Source: an uncultured delta proteobacterium
GTDB lineage: Bacteria; Desulfobacterota; Desulfomonilia; UBA1062
DNA: 64,000 nucleotides
Direction of reading: 5' to 3'
Assembly (NCBI GenBank): GCA_963798485.1
Contig: CAWCTR010000024.1
Location: 1 to 64,000, forward strand
In this document: positions 17,729 to 27,151 of the stretch, one piece after another
Numbering within the stretch: the stretch's first letter is position 1
Layout of the letters: every line of letters starts with the position of its first letter
Notes under the pieces: model-generated
Seen by the model: the letters and a program-made list of their open reading frames with translations, nothing else
What the model was told of the DNA's origin: nothing
Databases searched by the model: none
Program-made: the position numbers and the translations under genes

Positions 17729-18835
17729 TTAAGCCCTTCCTCCACGTAAAATCCTGAGTGTGCCCGAATTGTGCCCATGATCCGACTTCGATAAAACTTC
17801 CGAGTTCTCCTGGTGCATCTGCGAAACCTTCTGACATGCATCCCTGATATCGTCCTCACTGGTGATGTTGTAGCGGTCGAATACACTCCTCGTCTTGTGT
17901 CCGGAGATCCTCATAGCCACCACCTCTGGTATGCCAGCACGAACCATGTTCCTTACCGCAGTCCGCCTGAGATCATGGAATAACCGCCCTTCCATCTTCG
18001 TCTCCCTCAGTGCCTTCTTCCAGGGATGCCTGAAGTCTTTCGCTATAGGCTCGCCTGTCTCGTGGCCAAAGAACACATGCTGGCACTCGGGAAACATCTC
18101 ATCTCTGTACTTCTTCAGCGCAAGGATTGTATCGAATAGCTCTCCATACATGTAAATGACCCTACCCTCTCCATTCTTCGTAGATCCTGGATCGAGGACA
18201 ATCCTCCGAGACCAGATATCGACCTGGTGCCACAGGAGATTGTGAAGCTCGCCATGCCTCATGCCGGTATAGTATCCAGCAATCAGGAGTGGCTTGAAAT
18301 CATCTGGTAAAGCATCCCGAAGCTTTACATACTCATCATACTCAAAGAAGCCCGTCCTCACATTGTTTTCTTTGAGCTTAGGTATATGAGGCACTGCCTT
18401 TACCTTGGGCGGCGTATGTCGAGATCCAAGAGTGAAAGCCCTCCGCAATGCACTGAGTTCCCTGTTGATGGTCGCATTCTTCGCACCTGCTTCCTGCCGG
18501 GTCAGCATGTAGTTCTGGATATGAGTGGTTGTCACCTCGCATGCCTTTATGCCTCCGAAGAACCCTTTCAGGTGATTGACACTTCTCTCCTGGCGCACCA
18601 GAGACTTCCGATCCATGAGGCGGTATTCCGTGATTACATCGTCCAGCAGATCGTTCAGCTTCGTGCGTTCTACCTGAAGCCCATGGAAGACCCCCTGAAC
18701 TATGCTACCTTCTCTCATCTTGAGCAATCTCTCTGCCTCTGTCTTCTTTCGGGAGCGTGATGATTCCCTGTAAGGCTTTCCATCCCTGTAGTACTTGATC
18801 CACCAGACTTTTCCTCTTTGAAAAACACTACCCAT
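17729..18835 (-). CDS. Tyrosine recombinase/site-specific integrase
   Basis: Catalytic motifs TGMR, TKNG, FHDLRR and SGHKTRSVFDRY; N-terminal arm-binding segment WWIKYYRDGK. Confidence 0.95.
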   Translation of the reverse strand: MGSVFQRGKVWWIKYYRDGKPYRESSRSRKKTEAERLLKMREGSIVQGVFHGLQVERTKLNDLLDDVITEYRLMDRKSLVRQERSVNHLKGFFGGIKACEVTTTHIQNYMLTRQEAGAKNATINRELSALRRAFTLGSRHTPPKVKAVPHIPKLKENNVRTGFFEYDEYVKLRDALPDDFKPLLIAGYYTGMRHGELHNLLWHQVDIWSRRIVLDPGSTKNGEGRVIYMYGELFDTILALKKYRDEMFPECQHVFFGHETGEPIAKDFRHPWKKALRETKMEGRLFHDLRRTAVRNMVRAGIPEVVAMRISGHKTRSVFDRYNITSEDDIRDACQKVSQMHQENSEVLSKSDHGHNSGTLRILRGGRA

Positions 18836-18973
18836 TCTTTACACCTTATCCTTTCCTGCCGTGGGCACGGCTTTCAGCACCCCTCCTTTCTCCATGGATT
18901 TGAAGCAGAGCCCTGCTACATCAGGCTCGCATTTCCTCGTGATTATACTACCGAGTACAAAACGAGGAAAGCT

Positions 18974-19174
18974 TCAAAAGGAGAAAGTAGTTTTCTGCTT
19001 TTCAATCCACATGTCCATGTCGTTGATATCGAGAAGCACCCTCCGACCATCCCTGATGCAGGGGATCTTCCCTGCCCAGACCATCTCGCGGATAGCCCAA
19101 TCCGTTCTTCCCAGGTAAACAGCCGCTTCCGGTATCGAATACAATCTCTTGGGTGGTCTAATCTTCTCAGTCAT
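18974..19174 (-). CDS. Excisionase-like helix-turn-helix protein (HTH_17 type)
   Basis: 66 aa LYSIPEAAVYLG...GKIPCIRDGRRVLL...WIE directly upstream of the integrase. Confidence 0.85.
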   Translation of the reverse strand: MTEKIRPPKRLYSIPEAAVYLGRTDWAIREMVWAGKIPCIRDGRRVLLDINDMDMWIEKQKTTFSF

Positions 19175-19879
19175 AACTTGATCACCCAATTGCTCATGAC
19201 TCGGATGGATTCTCAGTTGTGAGATGGGAATAATCAGTGTGAGACGGAGACCTCTTCCAATGGGAAAAACCACCCATGAACGTGTGTGATCGTAGAGCTA
19301 CAACAAGCAAGTTGATCATGAATTCTTCCTCCTTTGTCTTTAAACATAAAAACCAACTTTCCTCCCTTGCCCCTTTCACAAACGACTGAAGGGGAAGGGA
19401 GGAACGACCGGAGAAAGAAAAGCCTGAAAGGCTCACCATATAGGAGTGGTCACAAACTGTGACCATAGGAGACCCCGAAGCGCTGCAAGCAGCATGACAA
19501 CAAGTTTTTCTGTTGGCGTGCTGCTTTCTCAGCGAGCGTAGGGGGGCGGCTCGATTATTTTGATCATTTGCAGAAAGTTACGATTAGTGTAACTTTCTGC
19601 AAATGATTGATATCTTAGTTTTAAGTTGTAATCTGTATTATGGTTACCTGATCCTTTTCCAAGGATTTTTTAAGAGAACCTGATTTTTTCCGGTTGCATT
19701 CTTATCGCTTAAAAGAATATAAGTACAAATATTGATATGTGTTAATTTTGTGAGGTTAGATGTCAAGCGAGAGCACACCAAGGTTTTTCCTTAGCCCGAT
19801 AGCGTATCGGGAATTATCGTAACGTAAGAGGCAACCACCATGCGAGAACAGACCGAAGGGCTAAATACTTTACGAAGGA

Positions 19880-19908
19880 AAGGCGCACTTCCGCGTCGGT
19901 TCCGACGT
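19880..19908 (-). other. Candidate MOBQ-type origin of transfer (oriT)
   Basis: Minus strand AAGTGCGCCTT resembles the MOBQ nic core TAAGTGCGCCCT; adjacent IR CGTCGG-TT-CCGACG; about 40 bp upstream of the relaxase. Confidence 0.7.
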
Positions 19909-19943
19909 GTGCGAGCGCTAAAGACATAAGCAGGATAAGGTAG

Positions 19944-22859
19944 ATGGCAAACTATCACCTCAGCATAAAGCATGTCTCAAGATCGACAGGACGAAGTGCC
20001 GTTTCAGCGGCAGCGTATCGGTCACGAGAGAAGCTCTATGATGAACGGCAAGGTGTTACTTTCGACTATACGAAGAAGAAGGACCTTGCTTATGCAGAGA
20101 TAATCCTCCCGGAAAATGCCCCAGAGAGATGGAAAGACCGAGGGACCCTCTGGAACGAAGTCGAGAGATCGGAAAAGAGAAAAGACTCCCGGCTTTCACG
20201 GGAAATTGAAGTAGCCCTTCCCAAAGAACTGAACCTCGAACAGCAGATTGCACTGGTACGGGAATATGTACAAACCCAGTTCGTGGATAAGGGAATGGCA
20301 GCCGATATCTGCATTCATGAAAAAGAAAAGAACCCCCATGCCCATATCATGCTTACCCTGAGAGAGATTTCAGAAGAAGGGTTTGGCAAAAAAGTGAGAT
20401 CCTGGGATGATAAAATCAATATCTATACCTGGAGAGAACAATGGGCCGTCGTCCAGAATCGGCACCTGCTTCAAGCTGGTTATGACATTCAGGTTGACCA
20501 CAGAAGCTTTGCAGATAGGGACATAGATCTTGAACCACAAATTAAAATCGGGATAGCAGCGAAATACCTACCCAAGGGATACCTCCACCTGCAAGACACA
20601 CGAGGACTTGAACGCCTGGAAGAGTACCAGAGGATATGCCGGGAAAACGGAGACCGGATCATCAACGATCCCGGGAAGGCCCTCAAACATGTGGGGCACT
20701 ATGATGCAGTATTCAAACGGGAAGACATCATGGACTTTGCCTTCCGGCACAGCGCTGATGCAGATCAATTCAATCGTGTTTTCTCTACCCTTGAGAACTG
20801 CCAAGAGCTTGTCAGGGTCGGGAAAAACGAGAAGGGAGAAGACCTGTTCTGTACTCGCACCATGTTGATGAGCGAGAAAACCATGCTCAATAATGCGAGT
20901 GCAATGAAATCATCAAGAGACCACCTCTCGGATCAAAATATCATCGACCAGACAGCAAAGAACTACACCATGAGCGGGGAGCAGGAAAAAGCTTTCAGAA
21001 GCATCGTATCCGGTGGAGACATCTCTGTCATGATCGGCCGTGCAGGAACAGGGAAGAGTTATACTCTCGGTGCCGTGAGGGAAGCATATGAAGCAGGAGG
21101 ATACCGGGTAAGAGGCCTTGCACTTTCTGGTATCGCAGCAGAAGGCCTTCAGAATGAAAGCGGCATCGAAAGCACAACCATCTTCAAGCAACTTGAGGAT
21201 TGGGACAATGAAAGAAATCTACTCAGCAAAGACCAGATCCTGGTGATCGATGAAGCCGGTATGGTGGGCACCAGACAGATGCATAAGATCTTGGAACACA
21301 CCCATGAAGCAGGAGCAAAAGTGATCCTGGTGGGAGACAACGAACAGCTCCAGTCAATCGAAGCCGGGGGATCGTTCCGGGGTATCATCCAGAGGACCGG
21401 ATATGTGGAACTTGCCGAGGTGAGAAGACAACATGTCGAGTGGCAGAAACAAGCAACCGTAGAATTCTCCGGCAACAAAGAGCAGGCGGAGAAGGCCCTG
21501 GAAATGTACCACGACCATGGACACATCCATGAACTCCAGACCAGACAAGACGCCAAGGATCAGATGCTGAAAGAGTGGGCAGAGCAGCAACATCTTTCAA
21601 AACAGAAGCACGAGAACAGCCTCATGATGGCCTACACGAACAAAGACGTTCATGATTTGAACCAGGGGGCGAGACAGTACAGAAAGCTCTATGGAGAGCT
21701 CCGAGAACCTGAACACACCTTCATGACCGAGAAAGGAGAACGAAACTTCTGCACCGGAGACCGGATCATCTTTCTCAGAAACGAGCATTCTTTAGGAGTT
21801 CGGAACGGCTCCCTGGGAACAGTGGAAAACATCAACCGGGGAGGAATTCTAGCAGTCAAACTCGACAAGGGCGACAGAGTCGCTATCGATACCAGCATGT
21901 ATAAAGACTTCGACCACGGCTATGCAGCAACCGTGCATAAAACTCAAGGCTCGACTCTAGATCATACTTATGTGCTTGGCTCCAGGCACTTCGATAAACA
22001 CACCGCGTATGTTGCCATGAGCAGGCATAGAGAAAATGTTACCATGTATTACGCCAAGGATGAGTTCAGAAACTTTGAGGACCTGCAAAAAGTCATGGGG
22101 AGAGAACGACCAAAGATTCTGGTTGTGGATTATGGGCTGCCCAGAGGTATAGAGTTAGACAACAGAGTGATTGAGGCTGAAAAATCCATGACTCATCAGG
22201 AAAGACGTGCTGAGTATGAAGAAAAGCAACGTCCCAGGAATGAAGCGAAGTATGTCGAGCAGCTGAAAGAGAGGGGAGTCCAGGTAGAATTCCCGAAGGA
22301 TAAGACAGTTGAAGGGTATTATATGGGGATTCAGGAAGTCTATGGCAGAAAGTACGCAGTGATCGATACCCATGCCGTTCCGACAAAAGGAATCCGTTAT
22401 ATGGTACCTTATGACTGTGACAAGCGGAAGGATGAAGTAATGAAATTCCGTCGCGTGGAATATGACGGTCAGAAGATTGAAGAGATGTGGAGGAAGGATT
22501 TAGAAAAGGAGAGACAGCAAAAGCTCGCTCAACAAAATCGAGAACCGAAACACGAAAGAGAGCTCAATGCGTCAGAGATCCTCTACTGCCAGCAGATGAA
22601 GGACCGGGGCCTCCAAGTGGAATTCATCAAAGAAAGAACAGTGGGCGGGTACTTTACCAAAATAGAAACGATTGGCGAGAATAAGTTTGCTGTGATCGAG
22701 AATAAAGGAACACGGTATATGGTGTCCTGCAATAACGAATACGATCAAATGCAGATGCACCGCTATGTAGCTTATAACGGACAAAACATGTCTCCTTCCA
22801 AACCAAAGACCCCTGACCTTGCTCAAGATATCGGCAAGGGCCTTGGGCGTGGGAGGTAA
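19944..22859 (+). CDS. traA: Ti-type TraA: MobA/MobL (MOBQ) relaxase fused to an SF1B (RecD-like) helicase
   Basis: SAVSAAAYR, EIEVALP and CIH...NPHAHIMLT relaxase motifs; GRAGTGKS, VIDEAGM, VGDNEQL, TVHKTQG and YVAMSRHR helicase motifs. Confidence 0.9.
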   Translation: MANYHLSIKHVSRSTGRSAVSAAAYRSREKLYDERQGVTFDYTKKKDLAYAEIILPENAPERWKDRGTLWNEVERSEKRKDSRLSREIEVALPKELNLEQQIALVREYVQTQFVDKGMAADICIHEKEKNPHAHIMLTLREISEEGFGKKVRSWDDKINIYTWREQWAVVQNRHLLQAGYDIQVDHRSFADRDIDLEPQIKIGIAAKYLPKGYLHLQDTRGLERLEEYQRICRENGDRIINDPGKALKHVGHYDAVFKREDIMDFAFRHSADADQFNRVFSTLENCQELVRVGKNEKGEDLFCTRTMLMSEKTMLNNASAMKSSRDHLSDQNIIDQTAKNYTMSGEQEKAFRSIVSGGDISVMIGRAGTGKSYTLGAVREAYEAGGYRVRGLALSGIAAEGLQNESGIESTTIFKQLEDWDNERNLLSKDQILVIDEAGMVGTRQMHKILEHTHEAGAKVILVGDNEQLQSIEAGGSFRGIIQRTGYVELAEVRRQHVEWQKQATVEFSGNKEQAEKALEMYHDHGHIHELQTRQDAKDQMLKEWAEQQHLSKQKHENSLMMAYTNKDVHDLNQGARQYRKLYGELREPEHTFMTEKGERNFCTGDRIIFLRNEHSLGVRNGSLGTVENINRGGILAVKLDKGDRVAIDTSMYKDFDHGYAATVHKTQGSTLDHTYVLGSRHFDKHTAYVAMSRHRENVTMYYAKDEFRNFEDLQKVMGRERPKILVVDYGLPRGIELDNRVIEAEKSMTHQERRAEYEEKQRPRNEAKYVEQLKERGVQVEFPKDKTVEGYYMGIQEVYGRKYAVIDTHAVPTKGIRYMVPYDCDKRKDEVMKFRRVEYDGQKIEEMWRKDLEKERQQKLAQQNREPKHERELNASEILYCQQMKDRGLQVEFIKERTVGGYFTKIETIGENKFAVIENKGTRYMVSCNNEYDQMQMHRYVAYNGQNMSPSKPKTPDLAQDIGKGLGRGR

Positions 22860-23191
22860 AATCCATCTGAGACATTATCTTATCTTACAGTCTGGAGAGC
22901 TATAATATAATCGTCTAGTGATATATTCAATCCAGGCTGATCTTTGTTATCCTCATGCTATGTGTACTTCTTGAGAGAATAAACTAGTATAACAATCGTT
23001 GATTTATAGAAGAATCATCACTATTGGCAAACCGTAACGTATGGTTCCAAATCTATGATATTCAGGCTAATGGTTCAGAGCGCTTGTCTTGGCATGTTAC
23101 ATTCACTTTTTGAGCAAGTATTATTTATATAGCTTCCAATCCATGATCTAAGGTTTTTTAGATAGCATATTATTTTCAGAAATCTATTTCT

Positions 23192-23941
23192 TTACCCTAT
23201 TGAAGAGGTATTCCCATGAGAGTTCAAGGACCTTCGGTGCATTCTGTGCGTGAGCGCCCATATGCTGCTCCCAATGATAAGGAGAATAAGCCATATCTGC
23301 CAGGATAGGTTTTGTATCTGGTCCCCCAGGATGACCATCATAGCGGTTAATGGCAGTATGCCAATACCAGTGGTCCAGGCAAAGGTCCACCAGGATATGC
23401 TCGTGAGACCGGCAGCATAGTTGATGAGATTGAAGGCAATGATAGGGATTAATCGGACCATGAGAAGCGTATCGTTGCAGCTGTACCTATCGACCCAGTA
23501 GTCCACCCTTTGTGCTTGAGTAGCTGACATGATTCTTAAGATAAAAGGTCTGCCGAGCATACGAACGAGGCCGAATGCGGTAAAGGCGCCGAGCATGGCA
23601 CCAACCCAGGTGATCACTGTGCCCCACAAAGGCCCGAAAATCATTCCATTTGCAATAGCAACAAGCTCGGCTGGAAAGGGCAGGAACGAGTGCATCACCA
23701 TAAGAGCAATGGAAGCAAAGACTCCCCACATTCCGAATGAATGGATGAAATTCTCAATGAACGATAGTGAGATATGGGGCCACCAATTACTCCATTGCGC
23801 CCCACAGGCGAGACCGCACACTATGGAACTCAATCCCAGGAGCGCACCAGCAATCAGTGCTACACCAAGAATTATCCACAAGATGATAGGGATATAAAAA
23901 CGAGGCCTTTTATTATCTTGATCATACATGACAAAGCCCAT
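23192..23941 (-). CDS. TVP38/TMEM64 (DedA/VTT domain) membrane protein
   Basis: PFPAELVAIANGMIFG and RLIPIIAFNLINYAAGLT motifs. Confidence 0.85.
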   Translation of the reverse strand: MGFVMYDQDNKRPRFYIPIILWIILGVALIAGALLGLSSIVCGLACGAQWSNWWPHISLSFIENFIHSFGMWGVFASIALMVMHSFLPFPAELVAIANGMIFGPLWGTVITWVGAMLGAFTAFGLVRMLGRPFILRIMSATQAQRVDYWVDRYSCNDTLLMVRLIPIIAFNLINYAAGLTSISWWTFAWTTGIGILPLTAMMVILGDQIQNLSWQIWLILLIIGSSIWALTHRMHRRSLNSHGNTSSIG

Positions 23942-24002
23942 TCACCTGATTACCCTGTTTATGTACCAAACGTGTGACGGGTATACCTAATGTCTTTATA
24001 TA

Positions 24003-24995
24003 TTATCTCTCCAGAGCACCCTGGCATGATGACCCTGCACCTGCAGTACAGGAAAAGCAGTGATTGCCGATAACGATCTTCCGGTTTTTCAATTCTTCAA
24101 AATCAAACTTGTTGATATGTTTTGCGGAAGGACATTCAACCGTCAGACCCAGCATCTGGTTGAAGTCACAGTCATACAAGTGCCCATCCCATCCTACGGA
24201 TAGGGTATTCCGGCACATCAAACAATGAATGGCTGAAGGGTTGAAGGTTGTATTAAGGGTATGCATGTAATCTTCAAAGTTCTCCGATCGGATGAGATAG
24301 TCGAGATATCTGCCCACCGGAGAGTTGACAAGGCAGTAGAGTGTATTGAAGACGACCCCATACTCGTTTTCCAGCCTGGTTTTATATTCATGCTCCAGGG
24401 CCTGCTGCGCCCCGGGCAGGTAGGTGCCCACTGGATTGTAGACAAGATCCAGGATCAGGCCACTCCCAGGCTTGCCATATCCCCGCTCATTGAGCAGCCG
24501 CATCACTTCCAGGATTCGTTTGAAAACACCTTCACCCCTCTGTCTGTTGACCCGTTCTTCATGGTAATCGGGCAGGGAAGCAATGATCTCGACCTTATTA
24601 TCTGCATAAAGGTCAATGAGATGCTCATAGGGCTTCTCAAGGAGGATCACGAGGTTCGAGCGAACCATCAGCCTGCGCTTTAATTCTGCAGCTTCCCGAA
24701 TAAACCAGGGAAGCTCAGGGTTCATTTCAGGTGCGCCACCAGTGATATCTATGGTCCCTATCGGATGATCATGGAGCACCTGAAGACACTTCTCGAAAAC
24801 CTGCCTGCCCATAACCTCTGACCGGTGAGGACCGGCCTCAACATGGCAGTGTTTGCACGAGAGGTTGCATCGTTTTCCCACATTTATCTGGAGTATGTCT
24901 ATGGTATCAGCGCACAGGGGTGAGCTGATCCTCTTTTGAAACGACAGGTTCAATGGATTGTCATTGAGCAGTTTGATCTGTTCGGAAGACGTCAT
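24003..24995 (-). CDS. arsS: ArsS-family radical SAM protein (arsenosugar-biosynthesis family, DUF3641 C-terminus), Cys form
   Basis: QINVGKRCNLSCKHCHVEAGP CxxxCxxC, DITGGAPEMNP, LMCRN..YDCDFNQML, HCFSCTAGAGSSCQGAL. Confidence 0.8.
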   Translation of the reverse strand: MTSSEQIKLLNDNPLNLSFQKRISSPLCADTIDILQINVGKRCNLSCKHCHVEAGPHRSEVMGRQVFEKCLQVLHDHPIGTIDITGGAPEMNPELPWFIREAAELKRRLMVRSNLVILLEKPYEHLIDLYADNKVEIIASLPDYHEERVNRQRGEGVFKRILEVMRLLNERGYGKPGSGLILDLVYNPVGTYLPGAQQALEHEYKTRLENEYGVVFNTLYCLVNSPVGRYLDYLIRSENFEDYMHTLNTTFNPSAIHCLMCRNTLSVGWDGHLYDCDFNQMLGLTVECPSAKHINKFDFEELKNRKIVIGNHCFSCTAGAGSSCQGALER

Positions 24996-24996
24996 G

Positions 24997-25332
24997 CTAC
25001 ATTGCCTTCTTCTTGATGATCTTTCTCATCTGGGTGGAATGGGCCAGGACATCACCGGCTGTCATTGCTGCTCCGACGTGGACCGCTTCCATCATCTCAT
25101 CGCTGGAAACGCCAAGCGAGAGGCATTTGTTCGTGTAGGCATCAATGCAATACGGGCAGTGACGCACAGTCGCCACGGTAAGGGCGATCAATGCCTTTTC
25201 CCGTTCGGTTAGTACGCCTGAGCCGGTGGCCTGGGTGTAATACTCAAAAAACTTTTTGCCCTGTTCCGGTGCATACTCTGCTATGTTCGGGAAGTCCGCT
25301 AGATCCTTGGTCTCATAGTAGTTATCCGACAT
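24997..25332 (-). CDS. CMD/AhpD-like peroxidase-related protein associated with ArsS
   Basis: LTEREKALIAL and CPYCIDAY motifs, EMMEAVHV; immediately upstream of arsS. Confidence 0.85.
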   Translation of the reverse strand: MSDNYYETKDLADFPNIAEYAPEQGKKFFEYYTQATGSGVLTEREKALIALTVATVRHCPYCIDAYTNKCLSLGVSSDEMMEAVHVGAAMTAGDVLAHSTQMRKIIKKKAM

Positions 25333-25446
25333 TCACGTGTTCTCCTTAATGGTATATGTTCCAATGGATAGCCTCCGCATGAGGCTGTTCAACGTTCATT
25401 ATTAACATTATGAAAAGGATCGTTCAACTTATCAGGAAAATGCATT

Positions 25447-26520
25447 TTATTTCTCAAACAGTTTAAGGTACTGGCCATATCCCTCCTTTTGCAGGTCTTC
25501 CTTCGGGATGAACCGCAAGGCAGCTGAGTTCATGCAATAGCGTAGTCCCGTAGGGGGTGGGCCGTCATTGAATACATGCCCAACATGAGAATCTGCATGT
25601 TTGCTCCTGACCTCTGTCCTTGTAGTGAACAGGGTATTATCCTGCTTCTCCACGATATTGCCCGGCTCCAGAGGCCGGGTGAAGCTTGGCCAACCGGTGC
25701 CGGAGTCATACTTATCCTTGGAGCTGAACAGGGGTTCACCCGAGACGATGTCCACATAGATACCATCGTGCTTGTTGTTCCAATAGGCATTGTCAAAAGG
25801 CGTTTCAGTTCCATCTTTCTGGGTTACCTTGAACTGTATAGGTGTGAGCTTCTTTTTCAGGACCTCTGCACTCGGCTTGGTGTATGAACCTGTTTCAGCC
25901 TTTGCTGGCACATACTCCCTGTCTTTCCCCCAGACCTCGTCAAGGAACTTGTCACGGCCTGAGTTGAACCGGTAGTACTTATACCGGATAGGGTTTTTCT
26001 TGTAGTAATACTGGTGGTATTCTTCTGCCTTATAGAACGTGCTTGCCTTCACGATCTCGGTGACGATGGGTTTTTTGAACCTGCCGGATTTTGACAACTT
26101 GTCCCTGGACTCCTCTGCGAGCCGCTTCTGCTCATCGTTGTGGTAGAAGATGGCGCTCCGGTACTGGTTGCCCCTGTCCACAAACTGCCCTCCTGCGTCG
26201 GTCGGGTCTATCTGCCGCCAGAACACCTCCAGCAGGTCCGCATAAGAGATCTTCGCAGGATCATAAGTTATCTGGATGGACTCGGCATGACCTGTTGTAC
26301 CAGATGAGTTCTCCTCATAGGTGGGGTTGATGGTATGTCCCCCGGTATATCCCGAGAGAACCTCTTTCACCCCTGGGAGCTTATCAAAGGGATGCACCAT
26401 GCACCAGAAGCATCCCCCGGCAAAGGTTGCCAGCTCATATTTTATGTTAGCTGCGTTCCCTGTAGATAGTGGCAATACAAACAGCATGGCTATCAATCCT
26501 GTCATTATTTTCTCAATCAT
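25447..26520 (-). CDS. msrAB: Exported bifunctional methionine sulfoxide reductase MsrAB (copy 1)
   Basis: Signal peptide; AGGCFWC, GHAE and AEEYHQ (MsrA); [14 protein letters not shown] and RYCMNS (MsrB). Confidence 0.95.
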   Translation of the reverse strand: MIEKIMTGLIAMLFVLPLSTGNAANIKYELATFAGGCFWCMVHPFDKLPGVKEVLSGYTGGHTINPTYEENSSGTTGHAESIQITYDPAKISYADLLEVFWRQIDPTDAGGQFVDRGNQYRSAIFYHNDEQKRLAEESRDKLSKSGRFKKPIVTEIVKASTFYKAEEYHQYYYKKNPIRYKYYRFNSGRDKFLDEVWGKDREYVPAKAETGSYTKPSAEVLKKKLTPIQFKVTQKDGTETPFDNAYWNNKHDGIYVDIVSGEPLFSSKDKYDSGTGWPSFTRPLEPGNIVEKQDNTLFTTRTEVRSKHADSHVGHVFNDGPPPTGLRYCMNSAALRFIPKEDLQKEGYGQYLKLFEK

Positions 26521-26686
26521 CTTTTATTCCTCCTGAATCATTGAAAACTTGTAGATATATATGTAGGGTTGCCTTCTGTAAAAAGAAACCCATACCTAAC
26601 TATCTTTAGTTTTCAGAGATCATAAAATTGAGATGACACGACCCGGACATTCATACACCTCATTCCCGGCTTGACAGGAAGGCTGC

Positions 26687-26995
26687 TCATGGATTCGTTC
26701 CCAGTGTCTTCTTATAAGTTCCGGCCTTCTTTAACGCCCTTTCCATTTCTTCAAGGGTTACCTTTGCCGGGTCATAGAAAACGGTGTTTATTTCTTGAGA
26801 ACGATAAAATCCTTTATCGACCCTTTTTACACCTGGAAGCCTCTCCAAGGCCTCTTTGCCTACGTCATATCAAGCCACAACAAATATAACCTTTTTCTCT
26901 TCGTCAGAAGCCTGGGCGGTCCAATATCCTCCGCACATGAGTAAAAGCAGGCACCCAGCAATGGCAAACTTCCTCATAAGAACGCTATTATTCAT
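26687..26995 (-). CDS. Candidate exported selenoprotein, 102 aa with Sec at codon 42 (mini-MsrA/HMA-like fold)
   Basis: AAGGAG RBS, ATG 26995, signal peptide, in-frame TGA at 26872-26870 (FVVA-U-YDVG), open frame for 60 more codons, and hairpin GAGGCCUU-GGA-GAGGCUUC 15 nt after the UGA. Absent from the ORF track. Confidence 0.7.
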
Positions 26996-27151
26996 GGATC
27001 GTGCTCCTTTCGCTTCGGTCTTGATCTCCCCTTAAGAAATAATGTTCTTATTTGAAAAAACCAGAGAGATTGGAGATGCCTATTAATGTTGAAGTCCTTC
27101 AACGATACTATTAGGAGAATGGCCTTATCTTGAATACGATGAAGAGTGGAG

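Larger units (their letters stand above)
17700..22859. mobile_element. Backbone of an integrative mobilizable element at tRNA-Leu (int-xis-oriT-traA); cargo probably extends well to the right
   Basis: Integrase abuts the tRNA 3' end, followed by an excisionase, a MOBQ oriT and a relaxase. No T4SS or phage structural genes; right boundary not found. Confidence 0.8.

Noticed and set aside
17729-22859. Prophage or complete ICE
   Set aside because: No capsid, terminase or tail genes and no VirB4/T4CP genes in the window.
24003-24060. ArsS as a selenoprotein
   Set aside because: The C-terminal SSC codon is TGC and the ORF has no internal TGA.
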